DNA of 63,759 nt, filler included, from Chlamydiia bacterium (GTDB taxonomy: Bacteria; Chlamydiota; Chlamydiia; Chlamydiales; FEN-1388), in assembly GCA_903848235.1 (NCBI GenBank). It is 6 parts of 6 records of this genome, joined end to end, with 100 filler letters (N's around TTAATTAATTAA, not from the genome) between each part and the next. Parts side by side here need not be neighbours in the genome. Positions count along the whole stretch, not along the records: positions 1 to 4,031 come from CAINFV010000086.1; positions 4,132 to 28,335 come from CAINFV010000087.1; 4 more parts are not named here. One strand, given 5' to 3'. Below, piece by piece: positions 1 to 10,580 of this stretch (positions within the stretch are counted from its first letter, which is position 1; every line of letters starts with the position of its first letter). The notes beneath the pieces are model-generated. The model had not been told where the DNA came from. It did no database searches and saw only the letters and a program-made list of their open reading frames with translations. A program made the translations under genes and the position numbers.

Positions 1-1
1 C

Positions 2-228
2 AAGCATATGGACTTGAGGTACAAATTTTGCGGAGAAGTATAAAAAAGATCAAAATTTTTTATGTTCAGACTGAGCACAACATCTCTGACATCTTTACAA
101 AGCCACTCGCAACAGTACGATACAGAAAGCTACGTGCAGCCTTGGTAACAAACATCTCACACATCATCTCAAACCCATCTTCAGCTCAATCAGTAGCACG
201 TCACCTTCAAGAATTTCTTTTTGCATAA
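2..228 (+). pseudogene. C-terminal RNase H segment of copia pol, frameshifted
   Basis: KHMDLRYKF in one frame, then YVQTEHNISDIFTKPL in another; matches the copia KHID.RY...ADIFTKPL motif. Confidence 0.85.
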
Positions 229-423
229 ACAGAAGATGGTAAATTTTTCGTGATAAGGTAAAATCGCTAAAGTATTTTTGTGGTAAACAGCGATCTCAAT
301 TTATGTCAAGACGTGTGTATATATTTTCTTTTTCCAAACTCACGCCTCGATCTTTCTTGGTCATAAACCTCAGGAGGAGCTATCGAGTATTTTCTGTTTC
401 TCTCATTTAACAACAACAAGATT

Positions 424-770
424 TGAGGAGGAGCTTTAGAATGTTCAAAACAAACTAAGCAAATCTTTTGGAATTTTTACAGCTAGAAATATTTGAGAAG
501 AGATTATATGCACTTAATTTAAAGTCGGCCGGAAAGCGATTCTGTATTGAAACTTTTACTCAAAGTGTGAAGTGTCACATTGAATGGTTTGAAGCATGAA
601 CTTCAACTTGTAAAATTAAGAGCTTCTGCTCACTCGCTAAAAATTGACTTTTACTTTTACACCTTCTAGCCTAGTTGCTAACTCAGTGTGAAGTAAACTC
701 AAGTTAGTTTTAAGTTAGAAAAGACTTGGAATTCGAAATACAGCATTCAACTGGGTTTTGGGCAGCTTTA
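424..770 (+). repeat. Putative polypurine tract (tgaggaggag), single LTR and primer-binding-site-like sequence (gggttttgggcagc)
   Basis: Purine tract after RNase H, AT-rich non-coding block, then a motif resembling the copia GGTTATGGGCCCAG PBS just before gag; boundaries approximate. Confidence 0.5.
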
Positions 771-820
771 TACGTTTCACTACTCTGCGCATCTACTGAA
801 AACCGGACGCGGTCGATCAG

Positions 821-3800
821 ATGGAAGCAACTAATCAAGCGAACATGGTACTGCAGTTACCCAGATTTAAGTTTGATGGACGAAACCGCCAGGAGTTTCG
901 TAGGAACTGGCCTCAAGTAGCGAGGCATTATGACATTCAAGGGATTATCGATGGAACGGAACCTCAACCTGCAGCGGATGCGGAAGGTCGAGCAGATTGG
1001 GATCTTAGGAATCAGCTCGCGTTGGACAAGCTGAAGTATTATGTCAGCGACTCAATCCATGCTATCGTCTGGAAGGGGCAGGAGAATCTAACTGCTAAGG
1101 ACTACTATGACACGATGAATACATTGTTACTAAGAACGACAACTAGATCAATTGTACAGCTAGAGAAATGTTTAAACAGCTGCAGAATGCGTGACGGGAG
1201 ACTTTTGGAATGGATGTGCGCGATGGATAACATCTATGTCGAGTTTGCACAGGCGGGAGAGCCTAAATCAGATGCAGCTATGAAAGCTCATGCGATGGCC
1301 AAGTGTGGCAGGAAATGGGAAGCGATAGGAATTTTTTTGGGACAGGATGACGGAATAAGTTACGTTCAATGGCAGGCAGCCATGTTGGAGAAGGAGCGTG
1401 AGATGGAAGAAACAGGAACTATTGGGGTCAGAGATTTGGCCAGCCAACTAGGAAGTAACAATCAAAGTAATGAAGGTGCTTATTCAACCAGCACACAGCA
1501 GGCATGGAGAGGATCAGGGAATCCAATGAGGGGAGGACGTAGAGGAGGAAGATACCCCAGTCGTGGTCGTCACCCCATCACTTATTTCACTCAAGGACAC
1601 GCAACAGGAAACAGAGCATATGGAAACACTACCCGTACAAACAGAACTACAAACAGAGGACGCAACTACAGAGCACAGTCAAATACCAACAACACACAAC
1701 GAGGGGGCTATACACTTAATGCAGCGAGGGATTCTTGTTATACATGCGGACAGACGGGGCATCTAGCTAGGAATTGCCCGAGTAATACAACTTGTTTCAG
1801 GTGTGGGGGATCAGGACATCTTGCTAGAGATAGTGCAACACAAAGCAACAGAGCTAACGCAACTCTCACTAGTTACCAATTGGTGTTACTTCATACGATA
1901 TCGATGAATATTCATGACTACACACAAGGATTCGGGGCGATCAATATGATGATCACAGTTCTGGAAAATGACGATGCTGCTAAAGTTTTTTCAGCATCAA
2001 TTGATCAGGCTCATGTCGCAAAACTAGACAGCTGTTGCACACGCCACATGACTGGCTATTACGCTCTAAAGAATGCAAGGCCAAACAGAGTACCGGTAAT
2101 GTTTGGAAACAAAGAAAAGCTCTTCTCTACTCATGTTGGGACAATGGTGTTAAGCAATGGTGTGGAGCTAGAAGACTGCCTTTTCGTGCCAGGACTGATG
2201 TGGACTCTGATATCAGAACCAAGAATCGAGCAAGAGGGAGGGTCAATGGCTTCTGCGAAAGGTACACGCACTATTTTCGATGCTTCTGGTGCCTTAATTA
2301 TTTCTGCTGCTCTCACTGAAAACACTTACTTGTTGAGTCAACAAACATACCCAATCTCATACGTAGAACAGGCGAATAATGCTCTTGCTGATGCACCTAT
2401 TGCAAACACAGCTGACCTATGGCACTGCAGATTGGGTCACCTCAATTACCAAGACATGGCAAAGCTGAAAGCAGTTGCAACTGGCATCGAGTTTTCGGGT
2501 GAGTTGTCTTTCTGTGAGGACTGTGCGCGAGTGCACGTGAAGTCCACCAACAAACCATATATCAACGCCGGAGAAAGACCAACCAAGCCAAGGCAGACGA
2601 TTTGCTTCGATGTGAAGAAACATGCAAGATCCAGTGGAGGTTTTGAGTATTCTCTGGATATCTGGGACAAATTCTCAGGAGAAGAGTGGACCTTTCCACT
2701 AAGAAGAAAGTCTGACGCAAGTCATAAGTTGCAGTGTTTCATCTGTTCTCTTGAAAACACGGGCAAACCAATCTACGTTTTAGAGATGTGTGTCTCAGAC
2801 CACGGAGGAGAATTTATGGACACTCCACTGCAAGAATTTCTAGAGATGCGCGGCATCTTTCATATGACAGCACCAAGTCACACTCCGAATTACAATCCTG
2901 CAGAGTCCCGAATGAAAGGACTCAACCATATGCAGTCACTTCTTCTTAAACAAGCGAACTTTCCACTATCCAAATGGCCTCTGGCACGACAATGTGCCAC
3001 ATTTATCCGTAACAGAACTCCTAAGCGTTCCAACTATGCCAACAAGACCCCTTATGAAATGTTTTATGGTCGGGCTCCGGATTTATCTTCTATGAGAGCC
3101 TTTGGTTCTCCTTGTTTTATTCACATTCCTTCTGCCATGCGATCGAAATTGGATGACGCAGCAAAACCAGCGGTGTTCGTAGGATATTCGGAGAAGCGGA
3201 GAGCATACATGGTTATCGAGGACGGACGAGAAATTGTTTCTTACGCGCGCAGCGTTATCTTCAACGAAATACCTATCGTCAACAAACTTTCTGGAGTTAA
3301 TCTTCTTTCTAGCCCTTTTGATCCGCCAGCCAAACAAGCAGATAGCGATGAGGACGATTATTTCTCTTATCAACCTGAACTACACTCAGAAACAAAGTGG
3401 CCACGACAAGCCGTGGAAATTGAGAAGAAGGCGGCATTCAAGTCTAGAACACCTTATAAAAACCAAGACCCAACTCACAGAGCTCAACGATCAATATCCT
3501 TTTCAGAATCAATCTCCCCGGCACCACCAAAGGACAATAGACCAAGAGGTAAGCATTCGAGATTAAGACGGGAACTGTCTCTGGCAATTTCAAACTCATC
3601 TGCTGTATGTAGCATTGTTCATCAAGAACCTGAGCACACTAACCATTCGGACTCCGACTTACCAGATTTAACTTGCACTTCTGAAGACAGTGATGACGAG
3701 GAGGATGAAGACGACGATTCATTTTTTGGATGTCCATCGAACATGAGATCAAAGTTTGGAAGCAATAATAAGTTCTTGGATACCCAGTGGGGAAAAAGTC

Positions 3801-3922
3801 TACCACCAAAAGAGCAAAGTACCGTCAACAATGTTGTTATGGGAGCGGAGGTATGTCCTTTGGAGCCAAGAAATTTAGATGAAGCACTGAATTCAGAAGA
3901 TAGCGAACATTGGAAATCTTGA
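821..3922 (+). CDS. Copia Gag-Pol polyprotein (Gag, CCHC zinc knuckles, aspartic protease, GAG-pre-integrase, integrase); RT start is frameshifted
   Basis: CYTCGQTGHLARNC, LDSCCTRHMT, LWHCRLGHLN..CEDC, SDHGGEF, KTPYEMFYGRAPDLS, EPRNLDEAL; RT-like EAINEEM...LPLGFKA..RFLFK continues in another frame from 3921. Confidence 0.92.
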   Translation: MEATNQANMVLQLPRFKFDGRNRQEFRRNWPQVARHYDIQGIIDGTEPQPAADAEGRADWDLRNQLALDKLKYYVSDSIHAIVWKGQENLTAKDYYDTMNTLLLRTTTRSIVQLEKCLNSCRMRDGRLLEWMCAMDNIYVEFAQAGEPKSDAAMKAHAMAKCGRKWEAIGIFLGQDDGISYVQWQAAMLEKEREMEETGTIGVRDLASQLGSNNQSNEGAYSTSTQQAWRGSGNPMRGGRRGGRYPSRGRHPITYFTQGHATGNRAYGNTTRTNRTTNRGRNYRAQSNTNNTQRGGYTLNAARDSCYTCGQTGHLARNCPSNTTCFRCGGSGHLARDSATQSNRANATLTSYQLVLLHTISMNIHDYTQGFGAINMMITVLENDDAAKVFSASIDQAHVAKLDSCCTRHMTGYYALKNARPNRVPVMFGNKEKLFSTHVGTMVLSNGVELEDCLFVPGLMWTLISEPRIEQEGGSMASAKGTRTIFDASGALIISAALTENTYLLSQQTYPISYVEQANNALADAPIANTADLWHCRLGHLNYQDMAKLKAVATGIEFSGELSFCEDCARVHVKSTNKPYINAGERPTKPRQTICFDVKKHARSSGGFEYSLDIWDKFSGEEWTFPLRRKSDASHKLQCFICSLENTGKPIYVLEMCVSDHGGEFMDTPLQEFLEMRGIFHMTAPSHTPNYNPAESRMKGLNHMQSLLLKQANFPLSKWPLARQCATFIRNRTPKRSNYANKTPYEMFYGRAPDLSSMRAFGSPCFIHIPSAMRSKLDDAAKPAVFVGYSEKRRAYMVIEDGREIVSYARSVIFNEIPIVNKLSGVNLLSSPFDPPAKQADSDEDDYFSYQPELHSETKWPRQAVEIEKKAAFKSRTPYKNQDPTHRAQRSISFSESISPAPPKDNRPRGKHSRLRRELSLAISNSSAVCSIVHQEPEHTNHSDSDLPDLTCTSEDSDDEEDEDDDSFFGCPSNMRSKFGSNNKFLDTQWGKSLPPKEQSTVNNVVMGAEVCPLEPRNLDEALNSEDSEHWKS

Positions 3923-4131
3923 GGCAATAAATGAAGAGATGAGGCAGCATGGACTGAATGGTACTTTTGGCCCTGCCAAAATTCTACCCCTTGGCTTCAA
4001 AGCAACTACAACTAGATTCTTATTCAAGACGNNNNNNNNNNNNNNNNNNNNNNNNNNNNNNNNNNNNNNNNNNNNTTAATTAATTAANNNNNNNNNNNNN
4101 NNNNNNNNNNNNNNNNNNNNNNNNNNNNNNN

Positions 4132-4180
4132 TGAGAGACAACGAATGCGAAATCGGTCTCAAAAAATGCTAAAGTCCAGT
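4132..4180. repeat. Partial copy of palindromic repeat family B at contig edge
   Basis: 49/49 identical to the reverse complement of 21962-22010; abuts the sufS stop codon. Confidence 0.9.
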
Positions 4181-5419
4181 TCAACGTATTTGGATATACA
4201 GCAGTTTCTTCACAACCTTTTCCAACGCCTCAACACATCGATCTATATCGTCAAAGGTATTGTAAAATGCCAGTGAAGCACGCGTCAGAGCCGTCAGCGA
4301 CAGGCGCGCAAGGAGCGGCTGGCAGCACAGATGTCCTGAACGAACGGCAATCCCCTCCAGGTCGAGAAGCGTCGCGATGTCAAGAGGATGTGCTCCCTTG
4401 ATGTGAAACGATTGCAAAGGCCCTCGGGGAAGTGCTGTGCCAACAAGCTGAAGGGAAGGGATGGAAAGCAGGCGGCTGGTGAGATAGAAGGAGAGCTCCG
4501 TTTCATATTCATGGATCGCGGGGATAGACAGCGCGTTCAGATAGTCAACGGCCGCTCCAAGACCGATAGCTTCAGCTATCGGCGGCGTTCCTGGTTCAAA
4601 TTTCAGGGGAAGCTCTGCCCATGTACTCGAGGAGAAGGTAACAGTGTCTATCATATCCCCCCCTCCTCGTGTTGGGGGGAGACTGTCGAGAAGCGATTCT
4701 CTGGCCCACAGGACGCCAATACCTGTCGGCCCGCACATCTTATGGGCTGAGAAGGCATAGGCATCACAGCCAAGAGCTTGCATATCGAGCGGGATATGCG
4801 GCGCTGCCTGAGCGCCGTCGACAAGAAGATAGGCGCCATACTCATGGGCCATAGCGGCGATGATGGATATGGGGTTGATCGTCCCTAAAGCGTTAGAACA
4901 GTGGGTAACGGCGACGACGGTGACATTCCCCAAAGAGAGAAGCTCTCGAAGGGCATCGAGGGACAAAGCGCCTTCCGGTGTGATAGGAATTCGCTCTAGA
5001 TGTGCTCCTGAAGAGGCAGCAGCAATCTGCCATGGGATGAGATTTGAATGGTGTTCCATCTCTGAGACGAGGATGCGCGACGATGGTTTCAGAAAAGACC
5101 TAGAGAAGCTATCGGCAAAGATATTGATGCTGTCTGTAGTGCCCTTTGTGAAGATGACTTCAGACGGAGACGAGGCATTGATAAATCTGGCTATCTTCTC
5201 TCTAGCATTATTATAGAGGTCTGTTGCCAAGAGCGCCTTCCGATAGACAGCACGGTTGACGGTAGCATAGCCAGTTTCGTAGAAGTCCGACATTGCTTTG
5301 ATGACAGCAGAGGGCTTGTGGGATGTTGCTGCAGAGTCGAGATAGACTGATTGTGACGCCATAATGGCGGGGAAGTCCTCGCGAGCTTTCAAAAAGCGCT
5401 GATGAAGGTGATGTTTCAT
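4181..5419 (-). CDS. sufS: Cysteine desulfurase SufS
   Basis: YLDSAATSHKP, EHHSN, FSAHKMCGPTGIG, RSGHLC motifs; suf operon context. Confidence 0.96.
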   Translation of the reverse strand: MKHHLHQRFLKAREDFPAIMASQSVYLDSAATSHKPSAVIKAMSDFYETGYATVNRAVYRKALLATDLYNNAREKIARFINASSPSEVIFTKGTTDSINIFADSFSRSFLKPSSRILVSEMEHHSNLIPWQIAAASSGAHLERIPITPEGALSLDALRELLSLGNVTVVAVTHCSNALGTINPISIIAAMAHEYGAYLLVDGAQAAPHIPLDMQALGCDAYAFSAHKMCGPTGIGVLWARESLLDSLPPTRGGGDMIDTVTFSSSTWAELPLKFEPGTPPIAEAIGLGAAVDYLNALSIPAIHEYETELSFYLTSRLLSIPSLQLVGTALPRGPLQSFHIKGAHPLDIATLLDLEGIAVRSGHLCCQPLLARLSLTALTRASLAFYNTFDDIDRCVEALEKVVKKLLYIQIR

Positions 5420-6648
5420 GATGCTCCTTTAATAGTGTCGACGATAGAGCAATACATCGCCTCTTGGGCGGCCTTCGGCAGCTTACAGATAATCTCTTCA
5501 CAAAACCCTTCGATGAGAAGACGTCGAGCGTCGCTCATGGCAAGGCCTCGTGAGGTGAGGTAAAAGAGCTCTTCTTGATCAATAACCCCACTTGTCGCTC
5601 CATGCGCCGCTATCACGTCATCGGCGAAGATGTCAAAGCATGGCTTGTTCACCGTCTGTGCAGCAGCACCAAGAGTGAGAAAATGGCTGTGCTGATGGCT
5701 ATCGCTCTGTTGCGCTTCTTTGCGGATGACAACGTTGCTTTCAAAAGAGCCAAGGCTTGTGTCGGCAACAAGCCCTTTGAAGAGCTGGCGGGAGCTGGTA
5801 TGCGCTGCCTGATGGTCTACGAGCAGCTTAAAAGAAGACTGATGATGGAAAGAGAGTGTTGAGAGCCCTAAGAGTGTCGCTGACGCTCCTTGTTCTTCCA
5901 ATAGTATCGTCGCGGTATGCCGCGACAGCGGTGCTGACGCCGCGTAAAGAGCCGTCAGGCTAGCGTTGCCCTTCACAGAGGCGCGGAGGGAAGAGCATGT
6001 AGCAGGAGAGGGCGTGATGTCAAGTCTGGTATACATCACAGCCCCCCCATCGCCGATATCAACGGTCAGATGGCTGTTGATAAATCCTGCTGAAGCACTA
6101 CTTTCGATGATCTGTACAGATGAGTTTTTACCCACAGAGATGTGAAGGCGGGGCATGGCATAATGCGGCGCTGCTTGGGTTTTGAGAAGATGGAGGATGT
6201 GAAGAGGGATGTCAATAACGGTGTTTGGGGGAATATCGATGAAAAGAGCGTCTTGGTACAAGGATCTGGCAAGAAGAGAGAGAATATCATCATCATGAGC
6301 GGAAAAAAGATGCCATGATGTATGGAGGGCAGCTGTATATGGATCTTTCAGAGAAGAGAGCGTGAAGAAAGAAATCCCCGGGATAACAGGCAGCTGATGA
6401 GGCCAGAGGCCATTATTAGAGGCAATCAGATGTGGAGAGTACACGTCGTAAGAAAGACATGCGTCTGGCAATGGACATTTACACAGAGAACATGCTGTGA
6501 TAACACGCTGAATATCAGGCGAGGGACGATGGGATGCTGCTTGCAGACTGTCGCGAGAAGAGCTGCGAAGAGCGCGAAGAGAGGGATGCTCTTCGGGAAA
6601 CGGCATGGCACCACTGTCAAGAAAGCTTGCTGTGTTATGGCTGTGCAT
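5416..6648 (-). CDS. sufD: Fe-S assembly protein SufD
   Basis: SRQLFKG, IFADDVIAAHGATSG, LFYLTSRG; start re-chosen at MHSH, overlapping the sufC end. Confidence 0.9.
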   Translation of the reverse strand: MHSHNTASFLDSGAMPFPEEHPSLRALRSSSRDSLQAASHRPSPDIQRVITACSLCKCPLPDACLSYDVYSPHLIASNNGLWPHQLPVIPGISFFTLSSLKDPYTAALHTSWHLFSAHDDDILSLLARSLYQDALFIDIPPNTVIDIPLHILHLLKTQAAPHYAMPRLHISVGKNSSVQIIESSASAGFINSHLTVDIGDGGAVMYTRLDITPSPATCSSLRASVKGNASLTALYAASAPLSRHTATILLEEQGASATLLGLSTLSFHHQSSFKLLVDHQAAHTSSRQLFKGLVADTSLGSFESNVVIRKEAQQSDSHQHSHFLTLGAAAQTVNKPCFDIFADDVIAAHGATSGVIDQEELFYLTSRGLAMSDARRLLIEGFCEEIICKLPKAAQEAMYCSIVDTIKGAS

Positions 6649-7414
6649 GAGATATCCCACCCTGTTGCAACCAGTCATAGCCTTCTGCTTCAAGCCTCTT
6701 CACAAGGTCAGCTCCCCCCGTTGCCACGATACGCCCTTCCATCATCACGTGGACGACGGTAGGGGATATGAAATTCAGCAGGCGTTGATAGTGAGTGATG
6801 AGGAGAAGCCCCTTGTCATTGGTCATAATCGTATTAACACCATTGGCAATAACCTTCATAGCGTCGATGTCAAGCCCTGAGTCTGTTTCATCAAGAATTG
6901 CCATGACAGGGTCTAGAACCGCCATCTGAAGGACTTCATTTCTCTTCTTCTCTCCTCCCGAGAACCCAGCATTTACGTCGCGTGTTGCAAAATCCGGCCT
7001 GCACCCTAAGAGCGCCATCTTCTCAGCTAAAAGCTTTTGAAAGCTCTCTTCATCAAGACGCTCCTCTCCTCGTGCCTTTCGTATAGCGTTGACAGCGGCG
7101 TGCAGAAACTTCACGTTCGACACCCCCGGCACCTCGATAGGATTTTGAAAACTTAAGAACAGCCCTTGGCGGGCCCTGTCTTCAGGAGAGAGGGCGAGAA
7201 GGCTCTGGCCGTTGAGGAGGATATCGCCACCGGTGACGGTATAGGTCGGGTGGCCGGCAAGGACTTTTGACAGCGTTGACTTCCCGGCGCCATTTGGCCC
7301 CATGATAGCATGGATCTCGCCTGGAAATATAGTCAGGTTGACACCATGAAGAATCTCCTTCTCATGAGCCTGTGCATGAAGATCGCGGATGGCGAGAAGC
7401 GGCAATGTCATCAT
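6635..7414 (-). CDS. sufC: Fe-S assembly ATPase SufC
   Basis: GPNGAGKST, GFSGGEKKRNE, LDETDSGLDIDA, ITHYQRLL. Confidence 0.97.
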   Translation of the reverse strand: MMTLPLLAIRDLHAQAHEKEILHGVNLTIFPGEIHAIMGPNGAGKSTLSKVLAGHPTYTVTGGDILLNGQSLLALSPEDRARQGLFLSFQNPIEVPGVSNVKFLHAAVNAIRKARGEERLDEESFQKLLAEKMALLGCRPDFATRDVNAGFSGGEKKRNEVLQMAVLDPVMAILDETDSGLDIDAMKVIANGVNTIMTNDKGLLLITHYQRLLNFISPTVVHVMMEGRIVATGGADLVKRLEAEGYDWLQQGGISHAQP

Positions 7415-7415
7415 C

Positions 7416-8849
7416 TTATCCAACAGCATGTTCTAGTTTAAGGGCGATAAGGTTTTTTGCCTCTTGGGCAAATTCCAAGGGCAGATGTTCCAAGACACGC
7501 CCGCAGAATCCTGAGATGATCAGCGTCATAGCATCTTCAGAAGAAATTCCTCGAGAGCGAAAGTAAAACAGCTGGTCCTCACTGAGCTTTGACGTCGTTG
7601 CCTCATGTTCGAGCTGGCTTGAGGTGTTCTGAGCATCGATCGTCGGAATAGTGCGGACAACGCTATCGCCTCCAACAAGGAGGGAGTCACAGCGTGTGTA
7701 ATTTCTGGCGCCATCCGACGAGGCTAACACCTTGACGCTCCCTCTATAGGTATTGCACGAGCGATCGGCAGCTATCCCTTTAGTGATGATCGTAGAGCGA
7801 GTATTGCGCCCTACATGAATCATCTTAGTACCGGTGTCTGCCTGCATACAGCCATTAGTCAGGGATACGGAGTAGAATTCTCCCGACGATCCATCTCCTT
7901 CTAAGATACAGCCTGGATATTTCCAGGTGATGGCCGCCCCAGCTTCTACCTGTGTCCATGAGATCTTCGACTCCCTTCCTCGACATAAGCCCCGTTTGGT
8001 GACAAAGTTGAAAACACCGCCTTTTCCAGTCACCACGTCTCCTGCATACCAGTTTTGAACCGTTGAATATCGAATCTCAGCTCTATTGAGGGCAATGAGC
8101 TCGACGACAGCGGCGTGCAGCTGATTCGTATCATAGGCCGGTGCTGTACATCCTTCCAGATAGCTGACATAGGAGTCGTCTTCAGCAATCAACAGCGTGC
8201 GCTCAAACTGCCCGGCACTCCTGTCATTGAGACGAAAATAGGTCGACAGTTCTATCGGACAGCGCACCCCCCTGGGAATGAAGACAAAAGAGCCATCAGA
8301 AAAAACAGCGGAGTTGAGAGCTGCGAAAAAGTTATCAGTAACAGGAACCACGCTGGCAAGATATTTCTTCACGATATCGGGGTGGGTATGCATCGCCTCT
8401 GAAATAGAACAGAGGATGACACCCACACTTTCGAGTTGTTTTCGAAAGGTCGTCGCTATAGAGACTGAGTCAAAGACAACGTCAACTGCAACATTGGCCA
8501 GTTGCTTTTGTTCGGCAAGAGGGATTCCAAGGCGGTCAAAGGTCCGTAGGAGCTCTGCGTCAACGTCACTAAAATCGTTGAGCTTCGGGCTTTTCTTAGG
8601 AGCAGAATAATAGCAGATATCTTGGTAGTTAATCGGTTCATAGGAAAGACCTGGAAGGTGGGGCTCCTGAAGGGTCTTCCAATGGCGATAGGCGTTGATA
8701 CGAAAGTCAAGCATCCACGCTGGCTCATTTTTTTTCAGTGAGATCACTTCGATCACTGACTCATTAAGCCCACATGGAATGGAGTCTGTCTCGATCTGCG
8801 TGACGAACCCATACTTGTAGGATGGCAAAGACATCGTATCGGACACCAT
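7416..8849 (-). CDS. sufB: Fe-S assembly protein SufB
   Basis: [46 protein letters not shown]. Confidence 0.97.
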   Translation of the reverse strand: MVSDTMSLPSYKYGFVTQIETDSIPCGLNESVIEVISLKKNEPAWMLDFRINAYRHWKTLQEPHLPGLSYEPINYQDICYYSAPKKSPKLNDFSDVDAELLRTFDRLGIPLAEQKQLANVAVDVVFDSVSIATTFRKQLESVGVILCSISEAMHTHPDIVKKYLASVVPVTDNFFAALNSAVFSDGSFVFIPRGVRCPIELSTYFRLNDRSAGQFERTLLIAEDDSYVSYLEGCTAPAYDTNQLHAAVVELIALNRAEIRYSTVQNWYAGDVVTGKGGVFNFVTKRGLCRGRESKISWTQVEAGAAITWKYPGCILEGDGSSGEFYSVSLTNGCMQADTGTKMIHVGRNTRSTIITKGIAADRSCNTYRGSVKVLASSDGARNYTRCDSLLVGGDSVVRTIPTIDAQNTSSQLEHEATTSKLSEDQLFYFRSRGISSEDAMTLIISGFCGRVLEHLPLEFAQEAKNLIALKLEHAVG

Positions 8850-8892
8850 GAAATACTCGCCCCTCGTGGCCGTAATCCATTAACCTAGGTGC

Positions 8893-8957
8893 TCTGTCAG
8901 ACTTATTTTTGTGAGAGAAACGAGCTGTCTTTTCTTCACAAAAATAAATCTGACAGA
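8893..8957. promoter_or_regulatory. Long inverted repeat upstream of sufB (terminator, operator or small repeat)
   Basis: tctgtcaga-c-ttatttttgtga ... tcacaaaaataa-a-tctgacaga. Confidence 0.45.
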
Positions 8958-9053
8958 CCACTAGGGATTATTGCATTAATCTCAGGATAGTACTGAATCT
9001 TAACATGTCGCTTATTTTTTTTCACTAAGACAGATAAAATGAGGCAACAATAT

Positions 9054-9503
9054 CTAGTTTCTTTTTTTCAAAACAACTATCCATGAGGACAACTTTTCTA
9101 AGCCTTTAAAAGCAATGCCTCTATTAATGCCTCTATTATTGTAGGTAGAAGAGTCGACATACACGAGCGATTCGATCCCAGAGCAGCAATGGTCTTCTGA
9201 CTCCCAGGACGAGAGAATGGTATCCCCGACAAAGGCAAATCGCCCACGAAGAGTACCAAGGACCGAGTTCTTGGATTCCCAAGACGTCCTCTCTGCATTC
9301 GGCGGACATGGAACGATGCGATAGGTATTGGCGAATTCTATAGGAGGATCAAGGAGAATCTTCACCATGCCGTCGAGAATCCAGATGCCGTCCTGATGGG
9401 AAATATGAGACGAGCCTTGCAGCGGCATCACCTGATTATGGCCATCTCGGTACTCTCCTGACGCTTCCCATATTCCTTCACACCCAAGGTAGGGATGCCG
9501 CAT
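9054..9503 (-). CDS. Hypothetical protein (beta-rich)
   Basis: ATG at 9503 directly follows the stop of the upstream gene; no recognisable motif. Confidence 0.65.
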   Translation of the reverse strand: MRHPYLGCEGIWEASGEYRDGHNQVMPLQGSSHISHQDGIWILDGMVKILLDPPIEFANTYRIVPCPPNAERTSWESKNSVLGTLRGRFAFVGDTILSSWESEDHCCSGIESLVYVDSSTYNNRGINRGIAFKGLEKLSSWIVVLKKRN

Positions 9504-9504
9504 A

Positions 9505-10482
9505 CTACGCCGTTGCCGTTTCTGCCTGATTCTTAGAATCTCGCTCTTCAGCAAGCATCGTTAAAATTTCATTTCTCCGTGCCCGATAGTAGGCTCCAAT
9601 TTCAGGGTAGGCAACGTTGAGCCATTTCTCCAAAGGATCAAGCCGCACTTGGAATTCATAGCGCATCCGCTCAGACACATCGAGATTTTGGGCTCGGAAG
9701 AGATGTCCTGTGTCAATATAAATAGCCCTGTCTTCCGCCAACCCAATATTGTTATTACGGATGAGGGCATCATCGCCATCAACAAATCCTTTCGTGGCTA
9801 GCGACATCAGAAGAGCGAAGACATGGTCAACACACGCCTTTGCCTCTTCTGTCTTTCCCTGTTCCATAAAACCATTGATCGTCGGTATCAGATATTTGGC
9901 TTTCCTTTGCACAACAAAACTTGAGTCATCACCTCGGATGTGATGCGACTGCCCATACTTATCGACCAATTTCACGGTATGGATTTTGTCCTTCGTCTTG
10001 TTCAAATGGACATAGACAATGCCAGTCTCCTCTTGCAGCTCTTCAAAGCACATCTTGGAACTGGAAAAAATCTCTTCTCTGTGGCTGACCCTATCTTTCC
10101 GCTTTTCTTCTGTCTCTTTAGAAATGAGATTTTGAATAAAACCTCGATCATCATCTTCTTTGAGTCTTCCAAGCTGGAAAAATTTCACGACATATTTTTT
10201 ATCTTGTGTCTCAAATACAACAGCCTGCATCCCTCGGCCAAGCCACGTTAGCGTCTGTTGGCACACAGTATAAAAAAAACGCTCACGGTCAGATGAGATC
10301 TTTACTTCCCAGTCTTTCCGGGCAGGGAAGCGAGACTCTATCAGTTTAGGGTTGAACAGCCGTGCGGGACGGGCAATCTGCGACATCTTCTCGTCGATAC
10401 GGAGCATCTGTACCGTCAGAAACACCAACATCATGACACTTAGCACTACTGCCAAGATCGAAAGTACCTTCTTTTTCATAAC
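9505..10482 (-). CDS. Membrane-anchored protein with a protein-kinase-like fold
   Basis: N-terminal TM helix; LGRGMQAVVF (Gly loop), YVVKFF, DGDDALIRNNNIG, IYIDTG. Confidence 0.7.
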   Translation of the reverse strand, partial: VMKKKVLSILAVVLSVMMLVFLTVQMLRIDEKMSQIARPARLFNPKLIESRFPARKDWEVKISSDRERFFYTVCQQTLTWLGRGMQAVVFETQDKKYVVKFFQLGRLKEDDDRGFIQNLISKETEEKRKDRVSHREEIFSSSKMCFEELQEETGIVYVHLNKTKDKIHTVKLVDKYGQSHHIRGDDSSFVVQRKAKYLIPTINGFMEQGKTEEAKACVDHVFALLMSLATKGFVDGDDALIRNNNIGLAEDRAIYIDTGHLFRAQNLDVSERMRYEFQVRLDPLEKWLNVAYPEIGAYYRARRNEILTMLAEERDSKNQAETATA

Positions 10483-10580
10483 AAATCCACGTTCTTCATA
10501 AAGAGCATGTATTCTACACACGATGAGCTTTTTCTTGGAGAACTATGAGCCGTTCTATCACCAGAGAATTTAGGCTCTTC

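Larger units (their letters stand above)
1..4031 (+). mobile_element. Ty1/copia LTR retrotransposon (eukaryotic, degenerate, permuted: RNaseH end - PPT - LTR - PBS - gag/pol start)
   Basis: Copia domain order gag-ZnK-PR-IN-RT in the 821 ORF; copia RNase H C-terminus at the contig start; occupies its own contig. Confidence 0.93.

Noticed and set aside
1..4031. Retrotransposon as a horizontal transfer into the bacterium
   Set aside because: It is a separate contig with no junction to bacterial sequence; contamination or host DNA is far more parsimonious
4032..4131. Recurring TTAATTAATTAA inside N runs (also near 28380, 35582, 45692, 50560)
   Set aside because: Artificial contig linker with stops in all six frames; adjacency across linkers and ORFs containing X are not biological
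9114..9137. 12-bp tandem duplication (NRGINRGI)
   Set aside because: In-frame slippage duplication with no evident significance
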